Origin: Octopus sinensis
Lineage: Eukaryota
DNA length: 26,052 nt
NCBI RefSeq assembly: GCF_006345805.1
Contig: NW_021835626.1
Coordinates: 1 to 26,052 of the forward strand
Reading direction: 5' to 3'
Positions 19,861-26,052 of the stretch are shown here, piece after piece (within the stretch, counting starts at the first letter, position 1; the number at the start of each line of letters is the position of its first letter). The position numbers and the translations under genes are program-made. Under the pieces are notes generated by a model that searched no databases, had not been told where the DNA came from, and was given only the letters and a program-made list of their open reading frames with translations.

Positions 19861-22800
19861 ACCTAGTCAGTCAGTATCATGTGCAAAGTCCGGTGCTCCC
19901 GTAGGTACATCAGAACAAGGTAAATACCTAGTCAGTCTGTAGCTTGTGCAGAGACCGGTTCTCCCGTATGTACATCAGAACAAGGTAAATACCTAGTAAG
20001 TATGTAGCTTGTGCAGAGTCCTCTGCTCCCGTAGGTACATCAGAACAAGGTAAATACCTAGTAAGTCTGTAGCTTGTGCAGAATCCGTTGCTCCCGTAGG
20101 TACATCAAACAAGGTAAATACCTAGTAAGTCTGCAGCTTCTGCAGAATCCGGTGCTCCCGTATGTACATCAGAACAAGGTAAATACCTAGTAAGTCTGTA
20201 GCTTGTGCAGAGTCCGGTGCTCCACTAGGTACATCAGAACAAGCTAAATACCTAGTAAGTATGTACCTTGTGCAGAGTCCGGTGCTCCCGTAGGTACGTC
20301 AGAAAAAGTTAAATACCTAGTAAGTCTTTAGCTTGTGCAGAATCCGGTGATCTCGTAGGTTCATCAGAACAAGGTAAATACCTAGTAAGTCTGTAGCTTG
20401 TGCAGAATCCGCTGCTCCCGTAGGTACATCAGAACAAGGTAAATACCTAGTAAGTCTGTACCTTATGCAGAGTCCGGTGCTCCCGTAGGTACATCAGAAA
20501 AAGGTAAATACCTAGTAAGTCTTTAAATTGTGCAGAATCCGGTGCGCTCGTAGGCACATCAGAACAAGGTATATAACTAGTAAGTCTGTAGCTTGTGCAG
20601 AGTCCGGTGCACCCGTATGTACATCAGAACAAGGTAAATACCTAGTAAGTCTGTACCTTGTGCAGAGTCCGGTGCTCCCGTAGGTACATCAGAAAAAGGT
20701 AAATAACTAGTAAGTCTTTAGCTTGTGCAGAATCCGGTGCGCTCGTAGGTACATCAGAACATGTAATACCTAGTAAGTCTGTAGCTTGTGCAGAATCCCG
20801 CTGCGCCCGTAGGGTACATCAGAACAAGGTAAATACCTAGTAAGCTGTAGCTTGTGCAGAATTCGGTGTTCCCGTAGGTACATCAGAGCAAGGTAAATAC
20901 CTAGTCATTCTGTATCTTCTGCAGAGTCCGTTGCTCCCGTAAGTACATCAGAGCAAGGTAAATACCTAGTCAGTCAGTATCATGTGCAGAGTCCGGTGCT
21001 CCCGTAGGTACATCAGAACAAGGTAAATACCTAGTCAGTCTGTACCTTGTGCAGAGTCCGGTGCTCCCGTATGTACATCAGAACAAGGTAAATTGCTAGT
21101 AAGTATGTAGCTTGTGCAGAGTCCGGTGCTCCGGAAGGTACATCAGAACAAGGTAAATACCTAGTAAGTCTGTACCTTGTGCAGAGTCCGGTGCTCCCGT
21201 AGGTACATCAGAAAAAGATAAATACCTAGTAAGTCTTTAAATTGTGCGGAATCCGGTGCGCTCGTTGGCACATCAGAGCAAGGTATATACCTTGTAAGTC
21301 TTTAGCTTGTGCAGAGTCCGGTGCTCCCGTATGTACATCAGAACAAGGTAAATACCTAGTAAGTCTGTACCTTGTGCAGAGTCCGGTGCTCCCGTAGGTA
21401 CATCAGAAAAAGATAATTACCTAGTAAGTCTTCCGCTTGTGCAGAATCCGGTGCTCTCGTAGGTACATCAGAACAAGGTAAATACCTAGTAAGTCTGTAG
21501 CTTGTGCAGAATCCGCTGCTCCCGTAGGTACATCAGAACAAGGTAAATACCTAGTAAGTCTGTAGCTTGTGCAGACTCCAGGTGTTCCTGTAGGTACATC
21601 AGAGCAAGGTAATACCTAGACAGTCTGTATCTTGTGCAGAGATCCGGTGCTCCGTAGGTACATCAGAGCAAGGTAAATACCTAGTACTCATCAGTATCAT
21701 GTGCAGAGGTCCGGTGCTCTCGTAGGTACATCAGAAAAGGTAAATAGCCGTAATATGTAGCTTGTGCAGAGTCCGTTGCTCCCGTAGTACATCAGAACAA
21801 GGTAAATACCTAGTAAGTCTGTAGCTTGTGCAGAATCCGGTGCTACCGTAGTACATCAAAACAAGGTAAACCCTAGTAGTTCTGCAGCTTGTGCAGAATC
21901 CGGTGCTCACTTAGGTATATCAGAACAAGGTAATACCTAGTAAGTCTGTACTTCTGCAGAACCGTGGGTCCCGTAGGTACATCAGAACAAGGTAATACCT
22001 AGTAAGTCTGTAGCTTGTGCAGATCCGTGCTCCCGTAGTACATCAAACAAGTAAATACCTGTTAAGTTTGTAGCTTGTGCAGAGTCCGGTGCCCCCATAG
22101 GTACATCAGAACAAGGTAAATAGCTAGTAAGTCTGTAGCTTGTGCAGAGACCAGTGCTCCCGTAGGTACATCAGAACAAGGTTTATACCTAGCAAGTCTG
22201 TAGCTTGTGCAGAGTCAGGTGCTCCCGTAGGTACATCAGAACAATGTAAATACCTAGTAAGTCTGTACCTTGTGCAGAGTCCGGTGCTCCCGTAGGTACG
22301 TCAGAAAAATGTAAATACCTAGTAAGTCTTTATCTTGTGCAGAATCCGGTGCTCTCGTAGGTACATCAGAACAAGGTAAATAAGTAGTAAGTCTGTAGCT
22401 TGTGCAGAATCCGCTGCTCCCGTAGGTACATCAAAACAAGTTAAATAACTAGTAAGTCTGTACCTTCTGCAGAGTCCGGTGCTCCCGTAGGTACATCAGA
22501 AAAAGGTAAATACCTTGTAACTCTTCAATTGTGCAGAATCCGGTGCGCTCGTAGGCACATCAGAACAACGTATATAACTAGTAAGTCTGTAGCTTGTGCA
22601 GAGTCCGGTGCTCCCGTATGTACATCAGAACAAGGTAAATACCTAGTAAGTCTGTACCTTGTGCAGAGTCCGGTGCTCCGGTAGGTACATCAGAACAATG
22701 TAAATACCTAGTAAGTCTTTAGCTTGTGCAGAATCCGGTGCTCTCGTAGGTACATCAGAACATATTAAAAAGCTAGTAAGTCTGTAGCTTGTGCAGAATC

Positions 22801-25800
22801 CGGTGTTCCCGTAGGTACATCAGAGCAAGGTAAATACCTAGTCAGTCTGTATCTTGTGCAGAGTCCGGTGCTCCCGTAGGTACATCAGAGCAAGGTAAAT
22901 ACCTAGTCAGTCAGTATCATGTGCAGAGTCCGGTGCTCCCGTAGGTACATCAGAACAAGGTAAATACCTTGTCAGTCTGTATTGTGCAGAGTCCGGTGCT
23001 CCCGTAAGTACATCAGAACCAGGTAATAGTAGTAAGTATGTATCTTGTGCAGAGTCTGGTGATCCCGAAGGTACATCAGAACAAGGTAAATACCTAGTAA
23101 GTCTGTAGCTTGTGCAGAATCCGGTGCACCCGTAGGTACATCAAAACAAGGTAAATACCTAGTAAGTCTGTAGCTTGTGCAGAATCCGGTGCTCCCGTTG
23201 GTACATCAGAACAAGGTAAATACCTAGTTAGTCTGTACCTTGAGCAGAGTCCGGTGCTCCCGTAGGTACATCAGAAAAAGGTAAATAACTATTAATTCTT
23301 TAAATTTTGCAGAATCCGGTGCGCTCGTAGGCACATCAGAACAAGGTATATACGTAGTAAGTCTGTAGCTTGTGCAGAGTCCGTCGCTCCCGTATGTACA
23401 TCAGAACAAGGTAAATACCTAGTAAGTCTTTACCTTGTGCAGAGTCCGGTGCTCCCGTAGGGACATCAGAACAAGGTAAATACCTAGTCAGTCTGTGGCT
23501 TGTGCAGAGTCCGGTGCTCCCGTATGTACATCAGAACAAGGTAAATAGCTAGTAAGTATGTAGCTTGTGCAGAGTCCAGTGCTCCCGAAGGTACATCAGA
23601 ACAAGGTAAATACCTAGTAAGTCTGTAGCTTGTGCAGAATCCGGTTCTCCCGTATGTACATCAAAACAAGGTAAATACCTAGTAAGTCTGTAGCTTTTGC
23701 AGAATCCGGTGCTCCCGTAGGTACATCAGAACAAGGTAAATACCTAGTAAGTCTGTAGCTTGTGCAGAGACCGGTACCCCGTAGGTACATCAGAACAAGT
23801 TAAAACCTAGTAAGTCTGTAGCTTGTGCAGAGTTCGGTGCTCCCGTAGGTACATCAGAACAAGGTAAATAACTAGTAAGTCTGTACCTTGTGCAGAGTCC
23901 GGTGCTCCCGTAGGTACATCAGAAAAAGCTAAATACCTAGTAAGTCTTTAAATTGTGCAGAATCCGGTGCGCACGTAGGCTGATCAGAACATGGTATATA
24001 CCTGGTAAGTCTGTAGCTCGTGCAGAGTCTTGTGCTCCCGTAGGTACATCAGAAAAAGATAAATACCTAGTAAGTATTTCGCTTGTGCAGAATCCGGTGC
24101 TCTCGTAGGTACATCAGAACAAGGTAAATACCTAGTAAGTCTGTAGATTGTGTAGAATCCGCTGCTCCCGTAGGTACATCAGAACAAGGAAATTACCTAG
24201 TAAGTCTGTAGCTTGTGCAGAATCCGGTGTTCCGGTAGGTACATCAGAGCAAGGTAAATACCTAGACAGTCTGTATCTTGTGCAGAATCCGGTGCTCCCG
24301 TAGGTACATCAGAGCAAGTTAAATACCTAGTAAGTCAGTATCATGTGCAGAGTCCGGTGCTCCCGTAGGTACATCAGAACAAGGTAAATACCTAGTCAGT
24401 CTGTAGCTTGTGCAGAGTCCGGTGCTCCCGTATGTACATCAGAACAAGGTAAATAGCTAGTAAGTATGTAGCTTGTGCAGAGTCCGGTGCTACCGTAGGT
24501 ACATCAGAACAAGGTAAATACCTAGTAAGTCTGTAGCTTGTGCAGAGTCCGGTGCTCCCGAAGGTACATCAAAACAAGGTAAATACCTTGTAAGTCTGCA
24601 GCTTGTGCAGAATCCGGTGCTCACGTAGGTACATCTGAACAAGGTAAATACCCAGTAAGTCTTTAGCTTGTGCAGAGACCGGTGTTCCCGTAGGTACATC
24701 AGAACAAGGTAAATACCTAGTAAGTCTGTAGCTTGTGCAGAGACCGGTGCTCCCGTAGGTACATCAGAACAAGTAAATACCTTGTAAGTCTGTAGCTTGT
24801 GCAGAGTCCGGTGCCCCCATAGGTACATCAGAACAAGGTAAAAAGCTAGTAAGTCTGTAGCTTGTGCAGAGACCAGTGCTCCCGTAGGTACATCAGAACA
24901 AGGTTTATACCTAGTAAGTCTGTAGCTTGTGCAGAGTCAGGTGCTCCCGTAGGTACACCAGAACAATGTAAATACCTAGTAAGTCTGTACCTTGTGCAGT
25001 ATCCGGTGCTCTCGTAGGTACATCAGAACAAGGTAAATACCTAGTAAGTCTGTAGCTTGTGCAGAATCCGCTGCTCCCGTAGGTACATCAGAACAAGGTA
25101 AATACCTAGTAAGTCTGTACCTTGTGCAGAGTCCGGTGCTCCCGTAGGTACATCAGAAAAAGGTAAATAACTAGTAAGTCTTTAAATTGTGCAGAATCCG
25201 GTGCACTCGTAGGCACATCAGAACAAGGTATATACCTAGTAAGTCTGTAGCTTTTGCAGAGTCCGGTGCTCCCGTAGGTACATCAGAACAAGGTAAATAC
25301 CTAGTAAGTCTGTACCTTGTGCAGAGTCCGCTGCTCCCGTAGGTACATCCGAAAAAGGTAAATACCTAGTAAGTCTTTAAATTGTGCAGAATCTGGTGCG
25401 CTCGTAGGCGAATCAGAACAAGGTGTATACCTAGTAAGTCTGTAGCTTGTGCAGTGTCCGGTGCTCCCGTAGGTACATCAGAACAAGGTAAATACCTAGT
25501 AAGTCTGTTGCTTGTGCAGAGACCGGTGCTCCAGTAGGTACATCAGAACAAGGTAAATAACTTGTAAGTCTGTATCTTGTGCAGAGTCCGGTGCTCCCGT
25601 AGGTACATCAGAGCAAGGTAAATACCTAGTCAGTCAGTATCATGTGCAGAGTCAGGTGCTCCCGTAGGTACATCAGAACAAGGTATATACCTAGTAAGTC
25701 TGTAGCTTGTGCAGAGTCCGGTGCTCCCGTAGGTACATCAGAACAATGTAAATACCTAGTAAGTCTGTACCTTGTGCAGAGTCTGGTTCTCCCGTAGGTA

Positions 25801-26052
25801 CATCAGAAAAAGGTAAATACCTAGTAAGACTTTAGCTTGTGCAGAATCCGGTGTTCCCGTAGGTACATCAGAGCAAGGTAAATACATAGTCAGTCTGTAT
25901 CTTGTGCAGAGTCCGGTGCTCCTGTAGGTACATCAGAGCAAGGTAAATACCGAGTCAGTCTGTATCATGTGCAGAGTCCGGTGCTCCCGTAGGTACATCA
26001 GAACAAGGTAAATACCTAGTCAGTCTGTATCTTGTGCAGAGTCCGGTGCTCC

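Larger units (their letters stand above)
4406..26052. repeat. 65-bp satellite DNA array, ~333 monomers, continuing past the window end; consensus TGCAGA(A/G)TCCGGTGCTCCCGTAGGTACATCAGAACAAGGTAAATACCTAGTAAGTCTGTAGCTTG
   Basis: TGCAG at 4406 and 4471, continuing with 65-bp period in a single orientation to 26052. Consensus is ~46% GC. Confidence 0.98.

Noticed and set aside
5881-24828. Repeated 61-121 aa minus-strand ORFs in the 65-bp satellite as a repetitive protein gene
   Set aside because: The minus-strand monomer has only two stops (TAG, TGA), both in one frame 18 nt apart, and 65 is not divisible by 3. An open stretch of ~58 codons therefore recurs every 3 monomers by construction. Longer ORFs arise from point variants or probable indel errors.
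4406-26052. Hammerhead ribozyme in the satellite (minus strand CTGATGT)
   Set aside because: The core needs CUGANGA plus a downstream GAAA with flanking stems. The monomer has CTGATGT and lacks the matching GAAA arrangement.
1567-26052. Shared nucleosome-length periodicity (193, 3x65=195, 6x34=204)
   Set aside because: Numerical coincidence without positioning data; small multiples of short units easily fall in this range.

Overview
Eukaryotic repeat-only window with no recognisable host gene, RNA gene or CRISPR array. The abundant (TA)n tracts and the RTE sequence suggest an octopod cephalopod; this is from recall, not verified. Layout: (i) 1-1352 AT-rich DNA with compound microsatellites. 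(ii) 1353-3510 a 5'-truncated RTE-clade LINE on the minus strand, embedded between two (TA)n tracts. Its ORF2 fragment is one continuous frame of ~360 codons broken only by a TAG at 3216-3218. It encodes a C4HC3 PHD-type finger inserted between RT motifs D and E, which the ORF track misses. The 3' UTR carries 4 x 193-bp tandem repeats, a terminal hairpin and a (GAT)4 tail. (iii) 3594-4405 a 34-bp minisatellite of ~24 copies. (iv) 4406 to the window end, a 65-bp satellite of ~333 monomers with hierarchical structure: a 42-monomer tandem duplication, an overlapping 73-monomer tandem duplication, 17-18-monomer older duplications, a decayed ~10-13-monomer higher-order unit, and edge layers that share rare variants. 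Patches of private homopolymer indels suggest uneven assembly quality. All short ORFs over the microsatellites and satellites are judged artefacts.
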